NCBI GenBank assembly: GCA_965237955.1
Contig: OZ250169.1
Location: forward strand, 2,944,001 to 3,008,000
Direction of reading: 5' to 3'
Source: Candidatus Marinacidobacterales bacterium
GTDB taxonomy: Bacteria; Acidobacteriota; Vicinamibacteria; Marinacidobacterales; SMYC01
Length of the DNA: 64,000 nucleotides
Shown here: one piece after another, positions 54,915 to 63,517 of the stretch
Position numbering within the stretch: position 1 is the first letter of the stretch
Layout of the letters: each line of letters starts with the position of its first letter
Notes under the pieces: generated by a model
What the model was told of the DNA's origin: nothing
Databases searched by the model: none
The model's input: only the letters and a program-made list of their open reading frames with translations
Position numbers and translations under genes: made by a program

Positions 54915-55816
54915 GTGCGTCCAGCGAAGGCTGGCATGTTCAGTGGGAGAGAGTCCCACCGGGGAAAAAGTTAGCGCCCCGTAGCTTGAGTCACGTTCGT
55001 GGAGGAAACGAGACGGATGAAGCTGACTGACAAAGCCATCTTGAGGATGGTGAGCGAGTCACCGGGCCGTAACACAAGTGAACCCATAGGTGGCCCCGAC
55101 AAAAAAATAGACCCCAGAGGCCGAGTTTTCTCGTGTCGGACGAAGGCAACAGGGATGTGTCGCCAGACTATCTGATGAGGCACATCCCTCTGGCGGGGTG
55201 GTAGGGACAGCACGGTGACAAGGACATGCCAAGCAACTGGAGAAGCCGTCCTCGTCCCGTCGAGAAATCGACGGAGCAAGGTAGACCGCATAACCGGAGG
55301 CCCCGGGAAAACGGTTGAAGACGAGACGGTGGCGGCTGGGTCCGTAGTAGCGTTGAAACGGGGCAACGCCCGTGGAGCAAAGGGGCCCTGCTGCACACAA
55401 CTCCTTCGTCAACAAGCGAGGCAGGGGTGAGATGACAAAATCACCCATCACTCTGCAGGAGCTGAGATGAAGGATATACGTCAAGGCGAAGGCCGAGAAG
55501 TCTTGGCGCTTCTTGCGCCAAGGTTTCGGCTGGAAGCGATGGAGTAGGCGATGGATGTAGGCGACTGTCGGACTGTTCACAGATTACCGAGTTCGATATC
55601 TCGTAGATTCGCCGAAAGACGCCCCGGCTCGATAGGTCACATAACCCTTCGCGGGAAGTGTGCAGGAGCGCGTAGTGCGGGAAAGCCGCACGCTGCGTGC
55701 GATGTGGCGGGGGCTGGAAACGGACTTACGGTGCGGCTAGTGAGGCACTCCCACAGGAAACGGGGAGAAACAGATAGGCCGCGCCTACGGAGCACCGCGC
55801 CAGCCCTCGACCCTAC
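54915..55816 (+). ncRNA. Group II intron with internally deleted RT ORF
   Basis: 5' GTGCG; domain V ~55667-55700 with GAAA loop; 3' ...GACCCTAC; RT remnant MTKSPITLQELR*RIYVKAKAEKSWRF joined to QGFGWKRWS. Confidence 0.88.
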
Positions 55817-56072
55817 CGGGATTGCAAAACTGCATTGCAGTACTGATTCGATTGGCGATACCTTTATGCAAGGCGGGAACTGCTGACACTTAACTTGGGA
55901 CTGAAGAATTCATTGTGGCTATTGTTCGACAACGTCGACAAAGGCTAGCCGACCAACGGAATTCAGGGGGAGGATTTGGTCATCATCCGAGCGCTCCTTA
56001 AAGCGACGAGAAAGCTGGAGCGTCGGCTTCGCCGAGGTGACTTCGATTGTCGGACGCTGGTGTTCCTAAGAC

Positions 56073-56211
56073 ATGGTGCGAGGAGATCAATCGGGCACAG
56101 TCGGACGTGTCCTATGATTTCGTCTTTGTGGACGAAGAGAGCTTCAACAGATACAGCCCAAAATCATTTGCCGACCTTGCTACCAATTTCCGTCAGTACA
56201 AGGAGGGCTGA
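56073..56211 (+). pseudogene. Type III restriction (Res) C-terminal fragment
   Basis: WCEEINRAQSDVSYDFVFVDEESFNRYSPKSF..L...FRQYKE*; recognised from memory only. Confidence 0.5.
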
Positions 56212-56214
56212 ATC

Positions 56215-57717
56215 ATGACCGCGCCGGTCACCGCCTCAATGCTTTACGATTTGGTTTCTTGTCCGCATCGCGTGACCATGGACCTTTTCGCCGACCAGGC
56301 GCAACGCGATGAGTCAAACCCGTTTGTTCAATTGCTTTGGGAGAAGGGTAACATCTATGAGAAAGAGGTTATTGAGAGGCTGGAAATGCCCCTTACCGAT
56401 CTCTCAATATACGCAGGTGATGAAAAGGAACGGCTGACTTTTGAGGCTATGCATGGCGGCGAACCGCTAATCTACAGTGGACGTATGCAGGCCGAAGGCC
56501 TTCTTGGAGACCCGGACCTGCTGCGCCAAGAGGGTGACGGGTATGTCGCTGGAGATATCAAGTCAGGCGCAGGGGAGGAAGGCTCGGGTGACCTGTCGAA
56601 ACCCAAGAAGCACTACGCGGTGCAACTCGGGCTCTACACAGACATCCTGGAACGTAAGGGCCTTTCTGCCGGGAAACGTGGCTTTATCTGGGATATTGAT
56701 GGCCAAGAAATCATCTATGACTTTATAAAACCATACGGGAAACGGAATCCACGCACGCTCTGGGAGGATTATCAGGATTGCCTCGCCGAGGCCCAGGCGA
56801 TAGTCGGCAAGAGCACGGAGACGCTTGCCGCCTATAGCGGGGTTTGCAAGCTCTGTCATTGGTACAGCGCTTGTATCTCACGCCTAACCGATGCGAACGA
56901 TCTGACGCTGATTCCTGAGTTGGGCAGGTCGAAGCGTGACGTGATGATGGAACGTATCGCAACGATCCGGGACCTGGCCGAGGCTTACCCCGCAGAATTT
57001 GTCACGGGCAAGAAAACGATCTTCCCCGGCATAGGTCTCGCGACTCTAGAGAAGCTGCACGCCCGAGCGAAGCTGATTACGGCGGGGAAGAAGGCCAAGC
57101 CCTATCTCCGCGAACCGGTAACGCTGCCGGTCGCCGATCTGGAACTGTACTTCGACATCGAAGTCGATCCCATGCGCAACATCTGTTACCTGCACGGTTT
57201 TGTCGAACGGCGGGGCGGCGACAACGACACAGAACGGTTTATCACTTTCTTCGCCGAGCAAACAACCGCAGAGGCTGAGAAGCAGGCTTTTGCCGAGGCT
57301 TGGCGCTACATGCAGGAAAGCCAGCCCTGCGTGATCTACTACTACTCGAAGTACGAGCGAACCATCTATCGAAAGCTACGTGAGAAATATCCGGACGTCT
57401 GCAAGGAGGACGAACTGGAGGCGCTATTCGACCCGGTACGGGCCGTGGACCTCTATTCTAATGTGGTGCTGAAGGCCACAGAATGGCCAACACGAGACTT
57501 CTCAATCAAAACACTGGCGAACTATCTCGTCTTTGCGTGGCGCGACACACATCCCTCGGGGGCGGCTTCAATCGAATGGTTCCATAGGTGGGTAGAAACG
57601 GGTGACCCTACGATTCGCCAGCGCATTCTTGATTATAACGAAGACGATTGCCGTGCGACGCGCGTTCTGCGGGATGCTCTTGACAGCTTGATCGTGATGC
57701 CGGAGGGGCCCGGATGA
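56215..57717 (+). CDS. TM0106 family RecB-like nuclease with RNase H-like C-terminal domain
   Basis: GDPDLL, GDIKS, QLGLY, CKLCHW, YFDIE, YNEDDC. Confidence 0.88.
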   Translation: MTAPVTASMLYDLVSCPHRVTMDLFADQAQRDESNPFVQLLWEKGNIYEKEVIERLEMPLTDLSIYAGDEKERLTFEAMHGGEPLIYSGRMQAEGLLGDPDLLRQEGDGYVAGDIKSGAGEEGSGDLSKPKKHYAVQLGLYTDILERKGLSAGKRGFIWDIDGQEIIYDFIKPYGKRNPRTLWEDYQDCLAEAQAIVGKSTETLAAYSGVCKLCHWYSACISRLTDANDLTLIPELGRSKRDVMMERIATIRDLAEAYPAEFVTGKKTIFPGIGLATLEKLHARAKLITAGKKAKPYLREPVTLPVADLELYFDIEVDPMRNICYLHGFVERRGGDNDTERFITFFAEQTTAEAEKQAFAEAWRYMQESQPCVIYYYSKYERTIYRKLREKYPDVCKEDELEALFDPVRAVDLYSNVVLKATEWPTRDFSIKTLANYLVFAWRDTHPSGAASIEWFHRWVETGDPTIRQRILDYNEDDCRATRVLRDALDSLIVMPEGPG

Positions 57718-57950
57718 ACAATACACAGCAAACGCATGACGCTCAACAAATACTCTCCAGCCTGAGGGACCATCTTGCGCGGCATGACAAGCCTATCGCT
57801 TTCTTCTTAGGTGCTGGCACATCTTGTGCGATCAGAGTGGCGGTGCCCGATGACAAGGATAAGACGCAGCCGCTCATACCTGCCGTTGCCGAATTGACCA
57901 AGATATGCCGGGAAAAGGCGCGTGGCTTAGGCAAAAAGTATGAAGAGACA
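57714..57950 (+). pseudogene. SIR2-like protein N-terminal fragment
   Basis: IAFFLGAGTS and LIP...LT; cut by an IS3 end. Confidence 0.7.
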
Positions 57951-58102
57951 TGAACCGCCCCGGGAATCCCGGAGACTGTTTCAGTTGAGTCTCGCCACCT
58001 CGAGCGAGCCTTGTTGCGAGCGATAGTAGTTCAGTTCGTGCTCGACCGGTGGGATGTTTCCGATCGGTTCCAAGAGTCGTTGCGTGTTGTACCAGTGCAC
58101 CC
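57951..58102 (-). mobile_element. IS3 family (IS51/IS6110-like) right end with OrfB tail; solo IRs also at 47061 and 62723
   Basis: TGAACCGCCCCGGG IR; WYNTQRLLEPIGNIPP.E.E. Confidence 0.8.
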
Positions 58103-58530
58103 CGTCCTGTGCCAAAACTCGGCCCTTTGAAATAGACCACAAATCAGCAGCTTAGACGCCCTTGGAATCCGCGCGGAAGCGAGGGTATTTCACGCCGCAG
58201 GGCTGCCTTCCGACCCCGTCCTGTGCCAAAACTCGGCCCTTTTGAAATAGACCATAACTCAGCAGCTTAGCGTCTGTGTTTGCGACCGGCCCAAGGGCCG
58301 TGGGCTTTACAATCGTCTAGCCCGAGGGTGTTATCTTCAGATCCATGATGACGTACCCCGTACAATTCCTACTGCTCGTTCTGGCTGGGTCAGCCGCCAG
58401 CAGCAGGAAGTGATTGTCCAGACGGAGACCGGGCGAACCACCATGGACGCTTCGAGAGCAGGTCCGGCGAATCGCGGAAGCCTGTGGCGCTCCGATTAAC
58501 TAGCCGGTCCAATCGGGCTATAATCTCGAC

Positions 58531-58764
58531 ATGCCGATCTTCGAATACGCCTGCTTGGAATGCGACAAACGCTTCGAGTCGCTTGTCCTGAGTTCGAGCG
58601 AGGACGCGCCGCGCTGTCCTTCCTGCGAGAGCGGCAAGCTGGAAAAGCAGCCTTCAGTCTTTGCGGTCAGTAGTGGAAACGGGGCGGCGGCTGCAGCTGA
58701 GGCACCCGGGGCCTGTGGATCTTGCGGTGACCCTCAAGGCCCGGGTTCTTGCTCGCTGAACTGA
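58531..58764 (+). CDS. FmdB family zinc-ribbon protein
   Basis: MPIFEYACLEC...FE.L......CPSC. Confidence 0.88.
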   Translation: MPIFEYACLECDKRFESLVLSSSEDAPRCPSCESGKLEKQPSVFAVSSGNGAAAAAEAPGACGSCGDPQGPGSCSLN

Positions 58765-59408
58765 GCTTTTCCCGGAAGACGACGCAATACGCATCGAACT
58801 AGTCGGTGCCTGTGAGGTCAAAATACTCATGCGGCTTCCCGATGGTAGAAACGTAACAACCCGCCAAGCCGTTCACGGGAGCGCACCATAGAAACTAAGC
58901 TGCTGATTTATGGTCTATTTCAAAAGGGCCGAGTTTTGGCACAGGACGGGATGCCACGCTCCCGAGCGGAAACCTGGGTCCAGGCCCGGGCCGCACCTGG
59001 ACCAGAACGTGCTAGCCCGCTGCGCCGCGGTAGCCCCGGCCTCGATTCTAGGTCCTCTAGAGACGAGAGCGCGAACAAACGACGAAATCATGCCGGCATG
59101 GCCCCGGCAGACCGGAGACTAATCAAGTTCGGTGCGCGCGGATGAATAAATAGAAGGCACAAGCCAAGCGATGGCAAGTCCTAACCACGCAATCAACGCT
59201 GGATCGACTTTTTGCGGAGCACAGGTTACCCAGCTTCTTCAGAGTATCCTGCGCGGTGTTTCTCGCTTTGATTCGCTCTCCTTCCGCGCCGTCGCGTACG
59301 TCGCGTGTTGGGTTCCCGCGACAAGAGTCACCCGCACGGATCCCGTCACGACCACTCTTCGCGAGTGAAACGGAGTGCGCCGTCTCCGGATTCCAGTCGA
59401 GAACGCGG

Positions 59409-59927
59409 CTAGTTGGACTCGATCGGAGCGATCAGGACGTTGGTCCCCCACATCAGCTTGATCTCGCCGCTGTTGCCTGAGCCGGACAGCTCGATCGTGA
59501 GCTGTTCCGTCGCGTCTCCGTCCTTCTTCCACGTGAGCTGGGCTTCGCCCACGTCGCGGCTGGCGTCGTGGGACGTGCCCCACTGCCCGGTCTGGGAGTT
59601 GAACACTAGGTGCCACGTGTCTTCGCTCACTCGTTTCGTGAACAAGCTGTACGCGCCCTTCGCGATCGCAGTGCCGGAAACGGTGATGTCGGCCCCGGTC
59701 GTGAACGTGGTGGATTGATCCGCGCCTGTGCGCCAAACGGTACCCACGGGGGCTTGGCCGAGCATGTCGCGTCCCCGGAGACTCGGCCGACCGTAGTCCA
59801 CGGAAACCTCGCTTCCGCCTATGGTCGCTTTGGATGTGCCGCGGGGAGACTGAGCCCACGCCACGACGCCCACCGCAACAGCAGCGATCGCGACAAGAAC
59901 AACAAAACGAGTCACTTGGCTGTGCAT
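59409..59927 (-). CDS. DUF2911 domain exported protein
   Basis: SPR, VDYGRPSLRGR, VWRTGA, G.YSLF, QWG. Confidence 0.88.
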   Translation of the reverse strand: MHSQVTRFVVLVAIAAVAVGVVAWAQSPRGTSKATIGGSEVSVDYGRPSLRGRDMLGQAPVGTVWRTGADQSTTFTTGADITVSGTAIAKGAYSLFTKRVSEDTWHLVFNSQTGQWGTSHDASRDVGEAQLTWKKDGDATEQLTIELSGSGNSGEIKLMWGTNVLIAPIESN

Positions 59928-60182
59928 CGAAGAGAACCTCCTTTATGCCATGCGTAGACGCACGGCTGGCAACCCAGGCATGTTAGACCGGGGTGCGGTT
60001 CGGACCAAGCGCGGGGTGAAGTCTGGAGCGCGTCGTGTCCAAAAACACAAAGGCGTTGCCAAGCCCTTGATGGTTGCGCTCTCCACGATAATGATAGATG
60101 AACTCGGCGCCGGACCGGCGCGCGGGTCTTAGAGTTCGTTTGTGTTTTTGGACACGACGGGGCCGAGTTTTGGCACAGGACG

Positions 60183-60411
60183 AGGTCGAGATACTCGACA
60201 ACGGCTATCGGTTCGATGGCAAAACCTATCCGTCCCTCACCGCCATCACAAAGCGAATCACCGGCACCCACTGGTCAGGACCACGCTTTTTCGGTCTGAC
60301 GCCCAAGCGCAAGGCCTAACATGAAGAAAATCCGTTGCGCCATCTATACGCGAAAGAGCGCGGAAGAGGGGTCTCGAACAGGAGTTCAACTCCCTCGATG
60401 CGCAGCGAGAG
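60183..60411 (+). pseudogene. DUF2924 3' half plus recombinase 5' fragment
   Basis: Similarity to ~14494-14720; begins right after an A end. Confidence 0.8.
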
Positions 60412-60432
60412 GACGGACGGGCGTCGCGCTTA

Positions 60433-61686
60433 TTATGACCAGGTTCTGATCGCCCGCTCCACGTCGCGCCCCGACGGACTCTGGAACACTCGCAGGTCGA
60501 ACTCCGGCACCACCGCCAGCAGATGGTCGAAGATGTCTGCCTGGATCGCCTCGTAGCGGCTCCAAACCTGATCGCGGCTGAAGACGTAGACCTCGATCGG
60601 GAGCCCGTGCTCGGTTGGCGCCAGCTGCCGGACTAGGAACGTCATGTCCTGGTGCACCATCGGGTGGTGGCGGAGGTACGCCACGACATAGGCGCGAAAC
60701 GTCCCGACGTTCGTCAAATGGCGGCCGTCGGCCAAGCTCACCGGTTCGACCCCGCGCGCCGCGTTCCAGTTTGCAATCTCCTCTCGCTTGGCCTTCATAT
60801 AGTCGGCGATGTACTGAATTTTCGAGAAGCGCGCCAGCATCTCCTCGTCACAGAAGCGAATGGAGCCGACGTCGATGTAGAGGGCTCGCTTGATGCGCCG
60901 GCCACCCGATTCCGCCATGCCGCGCCAGTTCTTGAACGATTCCCCAATCAGCGCGTAGGTGGGAATCGTGGTGATCGTCTTGTCCCAGTTCTGAACCTTC
61001 ACCGTCGTCAATCCCACATCGAGCACGTCGCCGTCGGCGCCGTGCTTCGGCATCTCGACCCAATCGCCCCGCGAGACCATTCGGTTCGCCGACAGCTGGA
61101 TGCCGGCGACGAAGCCAAGAATGGTGTCCTTGAAGACCAGCATCGTCACCGCGCTCATCGCGCCGAGGCCGCTCAACAGCAGTAGCGGCGAGCGGCCGAG
61201 GACGAGCGCCAGGACGCTGATAGCCGTTACGGCGTACACCACCAGCTTGAGCACCTGGGCGATGCTCCGCACCGGTAGCTCCCGCGGGAGCCGCGAACCC
61301 CGGACGATTTCGATCCCCACGTCCACAACGCTGTCGGCCGCCAGCGCCGCGATGACGATCATGTAGATGAGCGCCCCCTGCCGCACGACGGCTGTCAGCT
61401 GGTCGTATCCGGCGAGCACCGGAGTCGCGAAGTGGTAGATCACCAGCGCCGGCACAAGATGTGCCACCCGTTGTAACACGCGGTGCCGCATCACGACGTC
61501 GTCCCAACTCGAGGTCGTCCGTTGCGCGAGCCGCGCGATACCGCGAACCACGACACTCTTGGTGACGCGGTCGGCGATCAGGGCGACGAACAGGACGAGC
61601 AGGACGCCTCCAAGCCGCGTCAGCAGCGTGGCGCCCGCCTCGCTCATCCCCCACTTAAGCAGCCAGTCGTGCAGCGGGCTAAGCAC
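60433..61686 (-). CDS. Mechanosensitive channel, MscS family (YbdG/MscM-like)
   Basis: FKDTILGFVAGIQ, GDWVEMP..GADGDV, VKVQNWDKTI, GGRRIKR, TNVGTFR. Confidence 0.92.
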   Translation of the reverse strand: MLSPLHDWLLKWGMSEAGATLLTRLGGVLLVLFVALIADRVTKSVVVRGIARLAQRTTSSWDDVVMRHRVLQRVAHLVPALVIYHFATPVLAGYDQLTAVVRQGALIYMIVIAALAADSVVDVGIEIVRGSRLPRELPVRSIAQVLKLVVYAVTAISVLALVLGRSPLLLLSGLGAMSAVTMLVFKDTILGFVAGIQLSANRMVSRGDWVEMPKHGADGDVLDVGLTTVKVQNWDKTITTIPTYALIGESFKNWRGMAESGGRRIKRALYIDVGSIRFCDEEMLARFSKIQYIADYMKAKREEIANWNAARGVEPVSLADGRHLTNVGTFRAYVVAYLRHHPMVHQDMTFLVRQLAPTEHGLPIEVYVFSRDQVWSRYEAIQADIFDHLLAVVPEFDLRVFQSPSGRDVERAIRTWS

Positions 61687-61975
61687 GCAACGTCTCCATC
61701 ATGCAATTTTACGCCACTATATCTCTTGGTTGGACCGCTCACTAGATGTCGTGGTCTTGTCGTACTCGGCTAGGAAGGTGTCTGGTCCAACCGCAACATT
61801 CCGACCATCAACGACACGGCTTCCTCTTCATGACCGCTCCTCTTCGCGGCCATTATCTCAGCTCCGATTCAACTCGGCTTTGTCCTAGTTTTCGGAGAGC
61901 ACGTCACCGAGTCTTCCTCTTATGCCCGCAACAGTCAATGACGCAAGCACCCATCGGACGTCCACGACGAGGGCT

Positions 61976-62722
61976 TCAAACGGACGTAAGATCCGACAAC
62001 GATATTTCCTGGAGGTCGCTATCAGGAGCGTAAGCCTTCTCCGCCGCCCGGCGAATAACCGCTTTGATGGCCTCCTCCAGAAATCGGCGGTCCTGATATG
62101 TCAGATCATTGTCCTTGCCGATTGCCTTTCTCGCTTGCTGACCGCCTCTTTCCGAAGAGAGATTGCCGATCTTGTTGAGCACCTTCAGCTTTATTCGATA
62201 CATTTTAGCTGCCTTCTTCTTGCCGCCAAGTATGGTCAGGCAGAAATAGGCCATGCTCGCCAAAGGCTCTCTGCCCTCGAGATAACCCTCGTAGCGGTCA
62301 TACATGGTCTGCACGTCGGGGATGAGCTTGAGTCCCGGTGATGGTGGCGAAGGATAAGGTTTTGAAACAGTGGCCATCACGCTTACCGTCGGTACCCCAG
62401 TCGTGATGCTCACGGATGTATCCAACACACCCGGTATCGGCTTCTTGTCCTCAATTTGCGCCTTTTTAAACCTTAACTTGAAATGGTTCGGCCCTTCCCG
62501 AAGGCCAGAGTCGAACTCCCACACGCGAATATAGTCTTCAATGGCTTTCCGTGCAGCGTCTTTAGTCGCGTAGTGTTTCTTGAATTCAAAGCGCACTTGC
62601 TCATTCGCGATCTCGACACGAAAACCTGTCTCTTCGTGAGCGATTGGCTTCGCCTTACTATAGTCAACCGACCGACCATGCTCGATTTGGTAGAGTAATG
62701 CGACTACATGAGGGTCGTTCAT
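61976..62722 (-). CDS. Hypothetical protein, lower GC
   Basis: 248-aa open frame with plausible composition; no motif recognised. Confidence 0.65.
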   Translation of the reverse strand: MNDPHVVALLYQIEHGRSVDYSKAKPIAHEETGFRVEIANEQVRFEFKKHYATKDAARKAIEDYIRVWEFDSGLREGPNHFKLRFKKAQIEDKKPIPGVLDTSVSITTGVPTVSVMATVSKPYPSPPSPGLKLIPDVQTMYDRYEGYLEGREPLASMAYFCLTILGGKKKAAKMYRIKLKVLNKIGNLSSERGGQQARKAIGKDNDLTYQDRRFLEEAIKAVIRRAAEKAYAPDSDLQEISLSDLTSV

Positions 62723-63084
62723 TGAACCGCCCCGGGGATGCTACTGGCTGATCTTCTCTTTTTTGCGGGTCGCAGGTATTTCGAACGGTATTACGGCATC
62801 ACGCTTGCCGAGGCGACCCCGTCCTGTGCCAAAACTCGGCCCTTTTGAAATAGACCACAAATCAGCAGCTTAGACGCCCTTGGAATCCGCGCAGAATCGA
62901 GGGTATTTCGCGCCGCAGGGCTGGCTTCCGACCCCTGAGCTGCGGGTGGCGAGCGACAGGCCCACCGGGGGTGCGCACGGCTGGCTCAAATCGGCTGCGG
63001 GGCGAGCTACGGGGCAGTGAACTTCGCACCCGGAAGTCCCTCATTAGACTGGACTTTATCGAGCACAAGAGCGAACGTTCGGTG

Positions 63085-63516
63085 ATGCCGCAGGATACAG
63101 GGGTTGGGCGGAACGTCGTTCTGGACGGTTTGGACTTCGCCAGCTTGCGGCGGGTCTGGGAGCAGACCTTTGGGGCTGCTCCTCCAAGCTCGCTCTCTCG
63201 CGTTTTCATGCGCCGCGTTCTTGCGTACGAACGCCAGTGCCGGACCCTTGGCTGGCATTCGGCCACAACCCGGCGCGCTCTGGCTGCCATGGCGAACGAG
63301 ACACCAAGCTCCGGCGCTCTCGCAGGGTCCGTTTCTGCCGGCACCCATCTCGTCCGCGAGTGGAATGGCCGGACCTACCAGGTCGAGGTAATCGACAACG
63401 GCTATCGGTTCGATGGCAAAACCTATCCGTCCCTCACTACCATCGCAAAGCGAATCACCGGCACCCACTGGTCAGGACCACGCTTTTTCGGTCTCACGCC
63501 CAAGCGCAAGGCCTAA
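63085..63516 (+). CDS. DUF2924 domain protein
   Basis: Near-identical to 14198-14629. Confidence 0.88.
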   Translation: MPQDTGVGRNVVLDGLDFASLRRVWEQTFGAAPPSSLSRVFMRRVLAYERQCRTLGWHSATTRRALAAMANETPSSGALAGSVSAGTHLVREWNGRTYQVEVIDNGYRFDGKTYPSLTTIAKRITGTHWSGPRFFGLTPKRKA

Positions 63517-63517
63517 C

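Larger units (their letters stand above)
6628..58880. repeat. Type C end family (YGTGAGGTCAAAATACTCATGCG), 4 copies
   Basis: Plus at 6628, 10755, 58811; minus terminus at 16824; the inner sequence encodes an rve C-terminus VRSRERLGGLLRFYHREAA*. Confidence 0.85.
7873..59161. repeat. Type E end family (TGTGCCTTCTATTTATTCATCCGCGCGCACCGAACTTGATTAG), 9 copies
   Basis: Plus at 7873, 10235, 28320, 34561, 43784, 47747; minus termini at 10392, 32360, 59161; followed by an rve N-terminus MISSFVRALISAFKARRELALENVALRQQL. Confidence 0.9.
31779..59223. repeat. Type F end family (TGTGCTCCGCAAAAAGTCGATCC), 5 copies
   Basis: Minus termini at 31801, 44367, 48279, 59223; plus at 44274 (44274-44367 forms a 94-bp F-F mini-element). 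Confidence 0.8.
6651..60159. repeat. Type B end family (CGTCGTGTCCAAAAAYACAAACGAACTC), ~12 copies
   Basis: Plus at 6651, 8206, 47652, 50042, 60031; minus termini at 8334, 45637, 46007, 50249, 52292, 54914 (intron-split), 60159; lies upstream of an rve N-terminus at 45903. Confidence 0.9.
4172..62873. repeat. Type A end family, ~54-bp core, ~35 dispersed copies
   Basis: Plus-strand starts: 4172, 7438, 11713, 13935, 16692, 19871, 26414, 26533, 27095, 28259, 32421, 34098, 37485, 39467, 49076, 49800, 51989, 54793, 58103, 58217, 62820. Minus-strand termini: 5599, 8182, 10697, 10886, 12030, 17081, 21299, 31778, 37802, 43875, 44440, 50461, 58948, 60182, plus a degenerate one at 34963. Confidence 0.95.

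Noticed and set aside
55431-55560. Functional reverse transcriptase, retron or DGR
   Set aside because: Only short N- and C-terminal intron-RT remnants with a stop codon; no YADD region and no TR/VR pair.
7289-59145. Many short ORFs containing [33 protein letters not shown] or VLCQNSALLK
   Set aside because: These are translations of the A repeat, not genes.
4172-62873. A repeats as a CRISPR array
   Set aside because: Irregular kb-scale spacing, both orientations, no cas genes; they are the TIRs of the 4172-5599 element.
4172-62873. A-F repeats as integron attC or Xer dif sites
   Set aside because: No RYYYAAC...GTTRRRY boxes or long hairpin, mixed orientation, and no convincing 11-6-11 XerC/D layout; only 46541-46639 fits attC.
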